Positions 63,195-64,000 of a stretch of DNA of 64,000 bases are shown piece after piece. Each line of letters starts with the position of its first letter. The stretch's first letter is position 1. Under the pieces are notes generated by a model. The model was not told the origin of the DNA, searched no databases, and was given only the letters and a program-made list of their open reading frames with translations. Made by a program: the position numbers and the translations under genes. The stretch is from Squalus acanthias (taxonomy: Eukaryota), in the NCBI GenBank assembly GCA_030390025.1, contig CM059431.1, forward strand, positions 108,192,001 through 108,256,000. Direction: 5' to 3'.

Positions 63195-64000
63195 AAGGTG
63201 TCCAAATAAAGTTAGTCTACGTTGATCGTGGCTTATATTTTTACACATTGAATGATGAGACATGATGGATAATATTCAAAATAATTTACCATAATGTAAA
63301 GACATGATGGCCATTTTGTTCTCAAGGCTGAAAAGCACAGTAATGTCCCCCCCTGCTGCAGTCAGTAACTTTCCTTTGGTAGAAAGCGTCACCCTTATTC
63401 ATTCTCTGTAGGTCTTTACTATGGGATACATTCACCCTTCCTACCCTGTTAGGACATTCCTGTCGTTTTCTGTATTTATTAAACTTTGTCAGTTTATGGG
63501 CTGTTTTATCCCAGACACACTGGTTGTAAAATAACATTTGTAGAGCACATACATTCCTCTTTTCTTTTAATGCATTGCTTCACTCAGTATCAGCTCATCT
63601 CTCTTGAGAGATGTTTGACAAATTAGTGCGTTCCAACATATTATTTTCCTAAATTTATCACCAGTCACTCTCGTTTCCTGATCAAGTAAGTTTTCCAATT
63701 GTTAAGGTATGCAATTTGCATGCTTACATTTTACATTTCATTGGATGCCTTGACTTATCATCCGCATTAAGCAATTATGGAAAAGCATAGAATGCTGCAT
63801 TCTAATGTTTGATTAGTAAGCAGGCACAGTTTTTTTCAGTCCAACTATACTTAAGGGGTGATATTAACCCCACCAATCCCAAAGGCTGAAATTTTAACCG
63901 GAGCAGGCAAGAAGGAAAATGGTGGGGTTTCTTCTTTAAATACTGAAATCTGGCTCTGATGATGTAATCGGAGCCTGACTGCCATTTTAACCTTGGACCA

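Overview
Repeat-dominated, AT-rich vertebrate genomic DNA, most likely an intron or intergenic region of a shark or other cartilaginous fish. That assignment is an inference from the repeat families: CR1 LINEs with (TTCTATG/TTCTTATG)-type tails, L2 LINEs with (TTG)n tails, Deu-domain tRNA SINEs of the SacSINE1 type, and GGCC/GGGG-ended PIF/Harbinger-type MITEs. I find no intact host protein-coding gene, RNA gene or CRISPR array; almost all listed ORFs are broken LINE ORF2 fragments or their antisense shadows. Main points: (1) A ~1.4 kb inverted duplication (26228-28392 / 33140-34535, 4.7 kb spacer) has ~86% identical outer arms, a ~200 bp identical core and arm-specific insertions, suggesting gene conversion between the arms. 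(2) A near full-length LINE (6178-9420) has a tRNA-like Pol III head and no ORF1, and sits inside its own head+tail SINE derivative. (3) There is a 1.27 kb solo LTR with terminal inverted repeats and a 6 bp TSD. (4) Stretches that look unique appear to hold highly eroded fossils of DIRS (three loci) and Copia retrotransposons. (5) A TE-poor island carries a perfect RFX X-box palindrome and a full CRE. All alignments and motif matches were made by eye against remembered family motifs; boundaries are approximate unless TIRs or TSDs are quoted.
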